From: Sulfuricurvum sp.
Lineage (GTDB): Bacteria; Campylobacterota; Campylobacteria; Campylobacterales; Sulfurimonadaceae
DNA: 64,000 nt
Assembly (NCBI GenBank): GCA_011391735.1
Contig: JAABPY010000115.1
Coordinates: 1,291 to 65,290, forward strand
Direction: 5' to 3'
Below are positions 52,645-61,697 of the stretch, one piece after another. A program made the translations under genes and the position numbers. Position 1 is the stretch's first letter. Every line of letters begins with the position of its first letter. The notes under the pieces are model-generated. The model was not told where the DNA came from. It saw nothing but the letters and a program-made list of their open reading frames with translations, and did not search any database.

Positions 52645-54780
52645 ATGGCTGATGATATGACCCAAGAAGGGGAGCACCCCCAAACCGAAACCCGCGAAAG
52701 ACGACCCAATAACAACCGTCGCCCTTTTCGCCCACGCAATGACACCAAGGGTGAGGGGGAAAACAGTACAGAACGCAATGAGCGTCCTCGGGAGGAAAAC
52801 CGCTCTCCACGTCAAGACAGCCGTCCCCCACGCACGGAGAGTCGTCCGCCACGTACGGACAACCGTCCCCCACGTACCGATAATCGCCCTCCTCGCACGG
52901 ACAACCGCCCGCCACGTACCGACAATATGGTCGTACGTGAGGGTGAAAGTGCCACCAATTTGGCAACGGAGAGCGAGAACCGTCCATCACGTGATCGTAG
53001 CAATCGGGGTCGTCGTGGTTCACCCGCCACCCCTATTGACAATAACCTCCGTGATTTTGTCCTCCAAAACCAAGAGGCACATAAAAACCGTCTAAATCCT
53101 CACTTCAAGCTTGATCTTGAAAACAGTGAAAAGGTACGTATTACCCCATTGGGTGGTTTGGGTGAAATCGGTGGAAACATTACTGTCATCGAAACCGAAC
53201 ACGAAGCGATTATTATTGACATCGGGATGAGTTTCCCCAGTGAAGAGATGCACGGTGTTGATATTCTCGTCCCTGATTTCACCTATTTACGTGAAATTCG
53301 TAAGAAAATCGTCGCCGTTATCATCACACACGCTCACGAAGATCATATCGGTGCCGTACCCTATTTTTTCAAAGAGATGCAATTTCCTATCTATGGAACC
53401 CCTCTTCCTCTTGCGATGATCGGCAATAAATTTGACGAACATCATATGCGTGAATACCGTCGCTATTTTAACCCTATCGTCAAACGTCAAGTGTATAAAA
53501 TCGGGAAAGATTTCGAAGTGGAGTGGATGCATATGACCCACTCGATCATTGACTCCTCATCATTGGCGATCACAACAAAAGCGGGAACCATCATCCATAC
53601 AGGTGACTTTAAAATCGACTTCACCCCTATCGATGGGTATACAGCGGACATTCATCGCCTCGCTCACTATGGTGAAAAAGGGGTATTGTGTCTCTTAAGT
53701 GACTCAACCAACTCTTACAACAAAGAGTGGACACCAAGTGAGCTTACCGTTGCAAGCGGATTTGACCGTATTTTTGCCAAGGCTGAGGGACGTATCATTA
53801 TGTCCACCTTTAGCTCGAATATTCACCGTGTCTACCAAGCGATCCAATACGGTCTTAAATACAACCGTAAAGTATGTGTCATCGGGCGTTCAATGGAGCG
53901 AAACCTTGAAGTGGCGATGCAATATGATTACATCAAACTCCCCAAGAATATCTTTATCGACGCCGAAGAGGCGAACCGTATGAGTGATAAAGATGTCCTC
54001 ATCGTCACCACAGGAAGCCAAGGGGAGCCAAGCTCTGCTCTCTTTCGTATGTCCATTGGGGAACACCGTCATATCAAAATCAAGCCCACTGATTTGATCG
54101 TCCTCTCCGCACGTGCGATTCCAGGGAATGAGGGTTCCATTTCAGGAATGCTCAATTATCTCCAACGTGCAGGGGCAAAAGTAGCCAATGATCGTGACAT
54201 TCACGTATCGGGTCACGGAAGCTTAGAAGAGCAAAAACTGATGCTACGTCTCACCAATCCGAAATTTTTCCTCCCTGTTCATGGTGAATACAACCACATT
54301 ATGAAACACCGTGATACGGCTATTTTGTGCGGTGTTCCTGAGCGTAATATCCTCCTTATGTCCGATGGTGACTGTATTGAGGTAAGCAGCAAGTTTATGC
54401 GTAAAGCCAAAACGGTGAAAACAGGTAAAACCTATATCGATAACCAAAACAACCACCAAATTGAAGATGATATTGTTATCGATCGTCAAAAAATGGCAAG
54501 TGAAGGGATGGTTATGCTAGTCGCTCAAGTCGGAGCTCACGATTCACGTCTCCTCTCCAAGCCACTCGTTACGAGTTTTGGTCTCGTAGCGGATCGTAAC
54601 GATAAAGCGTTTGCTTCTGAAATGGAAGATGTTCTCGAACACTTCCTTCTCAATCTCAAACCAGGGCTTATTGAAAACCCCAAAGCGTTGGAGAATGATC
54701 TACGTCAAGTAGTGCGTAAACATATTTATCGCAAAATGAAAAAATATCCTCTTATCGTTCCTCACGTTTTCGTGATGTAA
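52645..54780 (+). CDS. rnj: Ribonuclease J with low-complexity N-terminal extension
   Basis: PLGGLGEIGGN, THAHEDHIG, HTGDFK, TGSQGEP, HVSGH, PVHGE. Confidence 0.96.
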   Translation: MADDMTQEGEHPQTETRERRPNNNRRPFRPRNDTKGEGENSTERNERPREENRSPRQDSRPPRTESRPPRTDNRPPRTDNRPPRTDNRPPRTDNMVVREGESATNLATESENRPSRDRSNRGRRGSPATPIDNNLRDFVLQNQEAHKNRLNPHFKLDLENSEKVRITPLGGLGEIGGNITVIETEHEAIIIDIGMSFPSEEMHGVDILVPDFTYLREIRKKIVAVIITHAHEDHIGAVPYFFKEMQFPIYGTPLPLAMIGNKFDEHHMREYRRYFNPIVKRQVYKIGKDFEVEWMHMTHSIIDSSSLAITTKAGTIIHTGDFKIDFTPIDGYTADIHRLAHYGEKGVLCLLSDSTNSYNKEWTPSELTVASGFDRIFAKAEGRIIMSTFSSNIHRVYQAIQYGLKYNRKVCVIGRSMERNLEVAMQYDYIKLPKNIFIDAEEANRMSDKDVLIVTTGSQGEPSSALFRMSIGEHRHIKIKPTDLIVLSARAIPGNEGSISGMLNYLQRAGAKVANDRDIHVSGHGSLEEQKLMLRLTNPKFFLPVHGEYNHIMKHRDTAILCGVPERNILLMSDGDCIEVSSKFMRKAKTVKTGKTYIDNQNNHQIEDDIVIDRQKMASEGMVMLVAQVGAHDSRLLSKPLVTSFGLVADRNDKAFASEMEDVLEHFLLNLKPGLIENPKALENDLRQVVRKHIYRKMKKYPLIVPHVFVM
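52801..52926 (+). repeat. Six 21-bp tandem units encoding RSPRQDS, RPPRTES and four RPPRTDN
   Basis: Read directly; the RPPRTDN units differ only at synonymous positions. Confidence 0.9.
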
Positions 54781-54798
54781 AGACGCTTTTGGCGTCTT
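54780..54798 (+). terminator. Hairpin after rnj
   Basis: AAGACGC-TTTTG-GCGTCTT. Confidence 0.55.
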
Positions 54799-54865
54799 CT
54801 CACTTGTACACTTTTAACCCCTTCTTCGCTATACTCTCTTAAAATTATTTATTAAAGAATTTACT

Positions 54866-55486
54866 ATGAAAGTAACTCTACAACATTTTACCCCCCTTGT
54901 CATCTGCTCCGACGCTATACGCACGTGTTGGCAAAGTTTTGATAAAAGCGATAACGGCGGCGACATTGACCGTGCATTGATAGACCGTGTCGGCAATAAA
55001 TTCAAACACGCCTCGACGTTAGAACACATCGTCTACAACTTCTATATTGAAGGAATTAGCCGGGCACTGCTCCAAGAGCTTGCACGTCACCGTATGGCAA
55101 GCTTAAGCGTTAAAAGTACCCGTTATACTCTCAAGGAACTCAAAGACGAGGAGCCGTTTTCCCTCGACGACAAAGAGCGTCCCAAAAAGTATCTAACAAT
55201 GACCGGTGTTGAACTGGTGGATGAAATGAGCATACGTGCCCTCGAAAACCTCCGAACTGTACTCGTCGCAGGTATCAGTAATGACCGTGCAAAATACTGT
55301 CTCCCTGAAAGCTATAAAACGGAGCTGACATGGACGATCAATGCCCGTTCACTTCAAAACTTTATCTCACTGCGAAGTGATAAAGCGGCACTGTGGGAGA
55401 TTAGAGATCTAGCTAACCTTGTCTACAACAGCCTTCCTGAAGATCATCGCTATTTGTTCGAAAATTCACTCAAAGAGGAGCAGTAA
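54866..55486 (+). CDS. thyX: FAD-dependent thymidylate synthase
   Basis: HASTLEH, ELARHRMASLSVKSTRY, NARSLQNFISLR, WEIR. Confidence 0.96.
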   Translation: MKVTLQHFTPLVICSDAIRTCWQSFDKSDNGGDIDRALIDRVGNKFKHASTLEHIVYNFYIEGISRALLQELARHRMASLSVKSTRYTLKELKDEEPFSLDDKERPKKYLTMTGVELVDEMSIRALENLRTVLVAGISNDRAKYCLPESYKTELTWTINARSLQNFISLRSDKAALWEIRDLANLVYNSLPEDHRYLFENSLKEEQ

Positions 55487-55487
55487 C

Positions 55488-55730
55488 ATGAAAAAATGGG
55501 GATTATTTACAATCATAGCACTAAGCATAGTGGGAGTTGGGTGTGCCCAAAAACAGTTTACTATCAATGGTTTAATCTGCCCAGCAGGTCATAGTGACGA
55601 GCTTATCAAAGCTGATTTTGAAGAGTGCCATTATTATGACCTTGATGCCATTGCGAAAGCATCACGCGCTCCAATTACGATTGAGTGTCAAAAATGTTTG
55701 GAAAGTAAAGGGTATAAAATCGAGAAGTAA
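55488..55730 (+). CDS. Small Cys-rich lipoprotein
   Basis: MKK start after GAGGAG, lipobox-like VGVGC, further Cys incl. CQKC. Confidence 0.72.
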   Translation: MKKWGLFTIIALSIVGVGCAQKQFTINGLICPAGHSDELIKADFEECHYYDLDAIAKASRAPITIECQKCLESKGYKIEK

Positions 55731-55773
55731 GCTAGAAAATAGGAGACTTTACCCCGAAAGAGGTGAAGCGTAT

Positions 55774-55797
55774 CCAAAAGAGCAAGAGCTCTTTTGG
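55774..55797. terminator. Hairpin between convergent lipoprotein gene and rplT
   Basis: CCAAAAGAGC-AAGA-GCTCTTTTGG perfect 10-bp stem. Confidence 0.75.
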
Positions 55798-55809
55798 TAC
55801 GAGGTTTAG

Positions 55810-56166
55810 TTATGCTAATGCTGCTTTGGATTGAACGGTAAGGGCAGTGAATGCACCTGCGTCGTTCATAGCCATATCAGCAAGAATTTTGCGATCAAGC
55901 TCGATGTTAGCACGTTTAAGACCGTTCATGAAATTTGAGTAGTTCATACCGTTCAAGCGACATGCCGCATTGATACGAATAATCCACAATTTACGAAATT
56001 CACGTTTTTTCTGTTTGCGATCACGGAACGAGTAGTACATACTACGCTCTAATTGCTCTTTCGCTTTACGGAAATGCTTATGTCTTCCGCTATAGAAACC
56101 ACGTGCAAGTTTCAAGACTTTTTTATGACGTCTGCGTCTTACAACACCTGTTTTTACTCTTGGCAT
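55810..56166 (-). CDS. rplT: 50S ribosomal protein L20
   Basis: [38 protein letters not shown]. Confidence 0.98.
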   Translation of the reverse strand: MPRVKTGVVRRRRHKKVLKLARGFYSGRHKHFRKAKEQLERSMYYSFRDRKQKKREFRKLWIIRINAACRLNGMNYSNFMNGLKRANIELDRKILADMAMNDAGAFTALTVQSKAALA

Positions 56167-56269
56167 ATTTTTCCTTTCTTTACCCGATTCATTTTAGAAT
56201 TTAATGAATAGGTGCCGCTTGGCGGACTTGCCCAGCTTTTACTGGAGAATTAAATGATTGAGGCTAAAA

Positions 56270-56464
56270 TTAGCGTACGATCATCTTTTTGATGTTTTTC
56301 GCATCGACAGCAGCAACAACTTTTGGTGTTTTTTGCCCACGACGAGTCCCTGCATCTTGTTTGGTCAAAATGTGACTGCGAAATGCTGTCCCACGTTTGA
56401 GAGTGCCGTTTTTCTTCACTTTGAAGCGTTTTACCGCCCCTTTGACTGATTTCATTTTTGGCAT
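56270..56464 (-). CDS. rpmI: 50S ribosomal protein L35
   Basis: MPKMKS..GA.KRFK, SHILTK. Confidence 0.97.
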   Translation of the reverse strand: MPKMKSVKGAVKRFKVKKNGTLKRGTAFRSHILTKQDAGTRRGQKTPKVVAAVDAKNIKKMIVR

Positions 56465-56505
56465 CGACTTGATCCTTTTGCAAAAATTCTCTGAACGAGA
56501 CGCGG

Positions 56506-56514
56506 ATTATACCA
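56506..56514 (-). promoter_or_regulatory. Extended -10 promoter (TGGTATAAT) for rpmI-rplT
   Basis: TGnTATAAT about 42 nt upstream of rpmI. Confidence 0.65.
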
Positions 56515-56525
56515 CAAAAAAGCTT

Positions 56526-57437
56526 TTAATTACCACATCGTGATTTATCAAAGAAGTGCGATTTCCCAATTCGTTTATCGGCATAATTGCTAACAGAACT
56601 ACCTACACCTGTCGCAGGTTGAAGAAAACCGCCACCTCGGGTTTGTTTGACGCTATAGTCTTGTAGATAAACTTCTACTTTTTTGCCGACAAATCCTTTG
56701 ACGACTCCCTCGAATTCGATGATAAAGCTCTCTTTTCGAGATGCATTGAAAAAAGCATCCGCTAAAAAGTTTCCTGAAGATGTACTAGTATCCCAAGCTT
56801 CACGGTGATGAACTGTTTCACCAATTTCGCACTTTCCAAGTTCCAAAAATTTCTTTGCTTCATTGTATGCTTTCTTATCTATTTCAGCTTTTTTCTTTTT
56901 GCACTCTTTTTCATCTGCACAAGCTACAACCAGTTTGTCGTCTTGCCACAAGCCTGACTCAACCTTTCCATCAGTATAAGTCGTTTTAACAAAACCATCG
57001 AGTTTTCCTTCTTTAAACTCTCCTTCGATAATTTTATCTTTACGTTTTTTTACCCCATACCCATTTCTGTAACTACCTTCATCATAATTATCTGAAAAAG
57101 GATAAAACATTTTCCCTTTAATTGGCACCCCTTCTTTCATTTCACCTTTAAATATTCCTACAACTTCATCCCCTGTTTTGGTCCTATTTCTCCAAGTAAA
57201 ATAATTATGATAAGTAATAGTTTGTGTACCAAATCCTTCTGCCCGCATTACATCCCCTTCGCCCTTTACACACGAACCGGACCAAGATACTATTCTATCC
57301 ATCCCATCCCAACCTTTTGAAAATTCATTATCATCAATATATGAATAACATCCATTAGAATCTGGATACACAGTTGCATTTGCCCATGTCACGCCGATTA
57401 AGGCTATTAGTAAAATTTTGAGTCCTGTTGTTTTCAT
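56526..57437 (-). CDS. Secreted MORN-repeat-like protein
   Basis: Signal peptide; WSGSC..G...AEGFG; FKGEMKEG, IEGEFKEGKLDG, ESGLWQDD repeats; charged linker; unknown C-terminal domain. Confidence 0.7.
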   Translation of the reverse strand: MKTTGLKILLIALIGVTWANATVYPDSNGCYSYIDDNEFSKGWDGMDRIVSWSGSCVKGEGDVMRAEGFGTQTITYHNYFTWRNRTKTGDEVVGIFKGEMKEGVPIKGKMFYPFSDNYDEGSYRNGYGVKKRKDKIIEGEFKEGKLDGFVKTTYTDGKVESGLWQDDKLVVACADEKECKKKKAEIDKKAYNEAKKFLELGKCEIGETVHHREAWDTSTSSGNFLADAFFNASRKESFIIEFEGVVKGFVGKKVEVYLQDYSVKQTRGGGFLQPATGVGSSVSNYADKRIGKSHFFDKSRCGN

Positions 57438-57448
57438 GTTGTTTTTCC

Positions 57449-57685
57449 TTATCTTATGTTCGCATAAACTGATTCATAACCCTTTTGGCGCGCCAAATAT
57501 ATCCGATGTCGTCCATCTGTTATGCCGTATGGAGATCCACTATCAAGGGTGATTGGGTCGCTTGAAGAGTTCAAAACCTCCTCAAATGACGAGTAGCCGT
57601 TTTCGAGGGTGTTCAATCTGTTTGAATCCAGTTCACTTCTTGAAACTTCCCGAATATCCGAAAGTGATACATTTTGTCGTGACAT
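57449..57685 (-). CDS. Minimal ParB/Srx-fold protein (78 aa)
   Basis: DPITL...YGITDGRHRIYLARQKGYESV matches the ParB/sulfiredoxin DG.HR motif; GGAGG RBS. Confidence 0.7.
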   Translation of the reverse strand: MSRQNVSLSDIREVSRSELDSNRLNTLENGYSSFEEVLNSSSDPITLDSGSPYGITDGRHRIYLARQKGYESVYANIR

Positions 57686-57689
57686 TTAT

Positions 57690-57914
57690 TTACCCTCCAT
57701 ATTTTAAAAATGCTATGAGATTTCCAAAACCCCGTCGTAATGTCCCAAGAGACAAAGTATCCGCCACCGAACTACCAAAACGGCGAGGCATTAATCCCGC
57801 CAATATCAATGTCGCAGGAAGTCCGAGTAACTGAAGAACGCTAATCATCCCACCTGCCGCAATCCACAAAATACACCCCATCACAAAAAATGGAAGCCGA
57901 AATATCACGCCCAT
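57690..57914 (-). CDS. Small membrane protein (74 aa)
   Basis: Hydrophobic N-terminal half; 1 nt from the upstream stop, 4 nt from the next start. Confidence 0.65.
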   Translation of the reverse strand: MGVIFRLPFFVMGCILWIAAGGMISVLQLLGLPATLILAGLMPRRFGSSVADTLSLGTLRRGFGNLIAFLKYGG

Positions 57915-57915
57915 C

Positions 57916-58023
57916 TTATTGCGCTATTCCAACTATGACTTGACCACAGTTAGGACATACATTATCATTTTTGCTGGAATACCATGTCCAAGAACATCGG
58001 CACACAAATTTATATCTTGCCAT
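57916..58023 (-). CDS. 35-aa zinc-ribbon microprotein (MARYKFVCRCSWTWYSSKNDNVCPNCGQVIVGIAQ)
   Basis: Manual translation; AAAGGGGTTGAGG upstream; CxC...CPNC. Confidence 0.65.
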   Translation of the reverse strand: MARYKFVCRCSWTWYSSKNDNVCPNCGQVIVGIAQ

Positions 58024-58056
58024 CCTCAACCCCTTTAATTCTTATTTAAGATTTTA

Positions 58057-58293
58057 CTAACCTCTATAGCTTCCATCGAAATTTTGGCATGTATAGCTGG
58101 CAAAGCCTTTGATTCCGTGATAAGTACATCCGCCGAAATACTTACTCCCCGTTTGGTTTGTGCCTACCCAGTAATAACATCTTTCACAATTTTGATGATC
58201 ATCACACGGATATGCGCCAACATAATTTAAAGCTTGTTGCACTTTATTGCGTTCCATTTCAAATCCTATACCACCCACTCCAAATAAGCCCAT
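58057..58293 (-). CDS. 78-aa Cys-rich protein with HiPIP-like CxxC...C...C spacing
   Basis: Start at MGLFG after GGGGGA; QNCERCYYW...GGCTYHG...YTCQNF. Confidence 0.6.
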   Translation of the reverse strand: MGLFGVGGIGFEMERNKVQQALNYVGAYPCDDHQNCERCYYWVGTNQTGSKYFGGCTYHGIKGFASYTCQNFDGSYRG

Positions 58294-58473
58294 TATTTCC
58301 CCCAAAATTTTAATTTCATTGCTTATCTCATTGCCTTTTATGACATTCCTTGGCGAAAGAAATTCATGGCGGAGAAGTAGCATTAAGGGTAATTAGATAG
58401 TAGTTGGATGATGAGTACAGTAGGAAAGCTAAAAGCTTTAGAAGGTTATTGGTAGCGGCAAACGCCGCGTTTA

Positions 58474-58500
58474 CTCTCTCTCTCTCTCTCTCTCTCTCTC
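58474..58500. repeat. (TC)13/(GA)13 dinucleotide microsatellite
   Basis: C followed by 13 TC units, read directly. Confidence 0.95.
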
Positions 58501-58528
58501 GAAGAGCGCGGACGTGGGGAGGTAGTCG

Positions 58529-58933
58529 TCATAAGATAGTTACTTTGAGGGATGATAGTTTTTGGATCTTTTTAAAATCATTCTGATTGTAGGTTAGAAG
58601 TTCTGAACAATGTTTTTCAGCAATTGCCGTATGAAGACAATCGTTGATATGTCGAAAACTGATTTGAGATGCAAGATCGTGTCCCCGTTCAAAAGTTTCC
58701 ATATCAATCGAAAGGGTAGCAAATTGTTTGAAAACAGTGTAATTTCTCTCAATAATATCCGTAGAAACGGATAGCTTTGCCATGACAAATAACCACTCTT
58801 GCAAGCTCAGTATCGAAAGGATAAATTGAGAATTTTGAACCGCTTCGATGACCATTTTTTTCGCTACTGAATGCTTCATCTCATCTTGGTTGATGACAAA
58901 ATGGACAAGAACATCGGTATCGAAATAGATCAT
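58529..58933 (-). CDS. PIN-domain (VapC-like) toxin
   Basis: IYFDTDVLV, conserved E, NDCLHTAIA, LLTYN. Confidence 0.9.
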   Translation of the reverse strand: MIYFDTDVLVHFVINQDEMKHSVAKKMVIEAVQNSQFILSILSLQEWLFVMAKLSVSTDIIERNYTVFKQFATLSIDMETFERGHDLASQISFRHINDCLHTAIAEKHCSELLTYNQNDFKKIQKLSSLKVTIL

Positions 58934-59169
58934 AGGTTTACGTCGTCCGCGATAGAAGAAATGTCGATTTCGGGAGATATACGCACTGATTGCGTATCGT
59001 TAAATGCCGCAAGAGCGATAATCTCCTCCATATTTCGATTAATAGGTGCTTGTTTCGTCGTCATCGGTAAAATGATAATTTCAAGAGGAAGACCACGGAA
59101 CTGTTGTGGTAAATTATACTCCACCGCAAAGTTTGAGTTTTCACCAACAATCATTTTATGTGCATACAT
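58930..59169 (-). CDS. Putative antitoxin
   Basis: 79 aa (LP..F.G..LEIIILP) with ATGA overlap onto the PIN gene; AAGGAG RBS. Confidence 0.72.
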   Translation of the reverse strand: MYAHKMIVGENSNFAVEYNLPQQFRGLPLEIIILPMTTKQAPINRNMEEIIALAAFNDTQSVRISPEIDISSIADDVNL

Positions 59170-59207
59170 TTTGACTCCTTTTTAGAGTTACATTAAAGCT
59201 TTAGAAT

Positions 59208-59216
59208 ATTATAGCA
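59208..59216 (-). promoter_or_regulatory. Extended -10 promoter (TGCTATAAT) of the PIN TA cassette
   Basis: TGnTATAAT about 39 nt upstream of the antitoxin ATG. Confidence 0.65.
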
Positions 59217-59295
59217 AGATGAAATTCAATTTACAAATATTCTGTTATTGGCTGTGATTAAAATGTAGGCAATGGGTAAAAATGTGAAAGAGGTA

Positions 59296-59319
59296 GATTC
59301 CCGCCTTTGCGGGAATGAC
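59296..59319 (-). repeat. REP/dRS3-like palindrome GTCATTCCCGCAAAGGCGGGAATC
   Basis: ATTCCC-N8-GGGAAT 12 nt after the infC stop; related copy at 16199-16224. Confidence 0.82.
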
Positions 59320-59331
59320 AAAAGGGTAAAA

Positions 59332-59862
59332 CTATTTCTTCTCGTCTTTTTTCGGATGAACCATCATATTACAATAACGCCCTTCCATAGCAGGGGTTTT
59401 GTACATCATCCCGACATCTTCAACCATTGGCCAAACACGATTTAAAACGGCAACAGCAGCTTCAGGGTGCGCCATCTCACGTCCGCGCAGGAATACACGA
59501 AAATGGACATGCTTACCTTCTTCAAGAAATTCACGTGCGTGTTTCACTTTGTAACTTACATCGTTCTCCGCAATTTTAACCGAAAGCTTAATCTCTTTGA
59601 CTTCGACTTTGGTTTGTTTTTTACGCGCCTCTTTTTTCTTTTTCTCTTCTTGATAATAAAACTTACCGTAGTCCATAATCTTCGCAACCGGCGGTTTCGC
59701 ATCCGGTGAGATCAACACGAGATCAAGCCCAAGCTCATTTGCTTTAGCCATCGCCTCTTGAATCGTTACAACGCCTAATGCTTCACCACCATCAACCACA
59801 CAACGGACCTCAGGAACTCTGATATCATCGTTCATTTGGACTCGGTCTTGTTTTTTAATCAA
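59332..59862 (-). CDS. infC: Translation initiation factor IF-3
   Basis: [33 protein letters not shown]. Confidence 0.97.
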   Translation of the reverse strand: MIKKQDRVQMNDDIRVPEVRCVVDGGEALGVVTIQEAMAKANELGLDLVLISPDAKPPVAKIMDYGKFYYQEEKKKKEARKKQTKVEVKEIKLSVKIAENDVSYKVKHAREFLEEGKHVHFRVFLRGREMAHPEAAVAVLNRVWPMVEDVGMMYKTPAMEGRYCNMMVHPKKDEKK

Positions 59863-61667
59863 AAATGCACCTCATTAATTTTTTGTTTTATCAAAGCCAA
59901 GAATTGCTCTTCGCTTAGATTGTATTGTTCACGCGATCGTCGATCTCGCACCGCGACACTTTTTGCGCTTACCTCTTCATCGCCCAAGACGATAATCATC
60001 GGAACACGCCCTTTTTCGGCTGTACGGATACGCTTATTAAGACTGTCGTTTTTATCGAAAATCTCATAATCAGCACCCATATCGATCAGCTTATTGCCCA
60101 ATTCACGCGCATACGCAACATGAGACTCCGCAATAGGAACAATCGCAACCTGCGTCGGAGCGATAAACATTGGGAATTCCCCTGCGTAATGTTCCGTCAA
60201 TATACCAATAAAACGCTCAAAAGAACCTAAAATGGCTCTATGAATCATTACGGGTTGAATTTTTGTGTTTTCTTCACCATTATATTCGAGTTCAAAACGC
60301 TCTGGAAGGTTAAAATCGAGTTGAATCGTACCACACTGCCATTCTCGTCCGATAGCATCAGTAATTTTGATGTCAATTTTAGGGCCATAAAATGCTCCGC
60401 CCCCTTCGTCGATTTCATACGCAAGATTATTTTTATCCATTGCGTTCTTGAGTGCATTGGTAGAAATTTCCCATACGGCATCGTCCCCTACCGCTTTTTC
60501 AGGCTTTGTAGAGATCATCATCTTGTAATTAAATTCAAAGGTAGACATAATTTTATCAACGAAATCAACGACTTCGATGATTTGCTCTTCGATTTGATCC
60601 GCTGTACAAAAAATATGGGCATCATCTTGGGTAAATTCACGAACACGAAATAGCCCGTGAAGCGCCCCTGTCATTTCGTGACGGTGAACAATTCCATACT
60701 CAAAATATTTGAGAGGAAGATCTCGATAAGAGTGCAAATCGTGTTCATATACTTTGATATGACCAACACAGTTCATCGGCTTGACCCCAAATTCGATCTC
60801 ATCAATATTGGTGAAATACATATTTTCGCCATAGTTTTGGTAGTGACCGCTTACTTTCCATAAATCACTTCGGAGCATTTCAGGACCACGAACGGGCTCA
60901 TAACCACGTTTGCGGTGCGCTTTAAAAAGGAGTTGTTCCAAACGTGAACGTAGTCGAGCACCTGCTGGCAACCAAATCGGGAAACCTGCCCCTACTTCTT
61001 CACGGAAGGTAAAAAGTTTCATCTCCGCACCAATCTTACGATGGTCACGTTTTTCTGCCTCTGCGACTTGCTCTAAATGAGCTTTGAGGGATTCTTTATC
61101 GGCAAAAGCGATACCGTAAATGCGCGTCAACATCTCATTTTTGCTGTCACCACCGAGATAAGCACCTGAAATCTTTGTGAGCTTGAAATAACGGATCAAT
61201 CCAACATTGGGTAAATGGGGCCCGCGGCAAAGGTCTTCAAACTCCCCTTGTTTATAAATAGAGACAACATCATCAGGGATGCGATCCATAACCGTTTGTT
61301 TCAAGTGATCGTTTGCGAACTTTAGACGCGCTTCGTCTTTGGTAATTTCATACCGTTCGATCACAACTTTGGATTTGGCGATATCAAGCATCTTTTTCTC
61401 AATTGCTTTTAAATCTTCTTCACCAATCGTTTCGTTGACTTTGAAATCGTAGTAAAAACCTTCTTTGACGACAGGTCCTACAAAGAATTTTGCGTCGGTA
61501 TAAAGTGCTTTAATGGCTTGCGCCATCAAATGGGCGCACGAATGGCGAATCACTTCAAGCGCTTCTGCTGAGTTGTCATAAACGATTGCGTCCCCTGTAA
61601 TGCCACGTACAGCAGCGGTTTGTAAATCGATTATTTGATCATTATGTTTAATTGCAATACTGTCCAT
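59859..61667 (-). CDS. thrS: Threonine--tRNA ligase
   Basis: RHSCAHL, DLCRGPH, RDHRKIG, KPMNC, AFYGPK, MIHRA; alternative start at 61676. Confidence 0.98.
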   Translation of the reverse strand: MDSIAIKHNDQIIDLQTAAVRGITGDAIVYDNSAEALEVIRHSCAHLMAQAIKALYTDAKFFVGPVVKEGFYYDFKVNETIGEEDLKAIEKKMLDIAKSKVVIERYEITKDEARLKFANDHLKQTVMDRIPDDVVSIYKQGEFEDLCRGPHLPNVGLIRYFKLTKISGAYLGGDSKNEMLTRIYGIAFADKESLKAHLEQVAEAEKRDHRKIGAEMKLFTFREEVGAGFPIWLPAGARLRSRLEQLLFKAHRKRGYEPVRGPEMLRSDLWKVSGHYQNYGENMYFTNIDEIEFGVKPMNCVGHIKVYEHDLHSYRDLPLKYFEYGIVHRHEMTGALHGLFRVREFTQDDAHIFCTADQIEEQIIEVVDFVDKIMSTFEFNYKMMISTKPEKAVGDDAVWEISTNALKNAMDKNNLAYEIDEGGGAFYGPKIDIKITDAIGREWQCGTIQLDFNLPERFELEYNGEENTKIQPVMIHRAILGSFERFIGILTEHYAGEFPMFIAPTQVAIVPIAESHVAYARELGNKLIDMGADYEIFDKNDSLNKRIRTAEKGRVPMIIVLGDEEVSAKSVAVRDRRSREQYNLSEEQFLALIKQKINEVHF

Positions 61668-61697
61668 TAAGGTCATTCCTAAAGTACGAAAATAATG

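Noticed and set aside
52801-52926. Tandem repeat as a CRISPR array, and overlapping alternative-frame ORFs (LSVRGGR repeats)
   Set aside because: No spacers; in-frame coding repeat of rnj with synonymous variation; the other frames are by-products.
58404-58586. Plus-strand ORF with LSLSLSLS
   Set aside because: Translation artefact of the (TC)n tract, antisense to the PIN gene.
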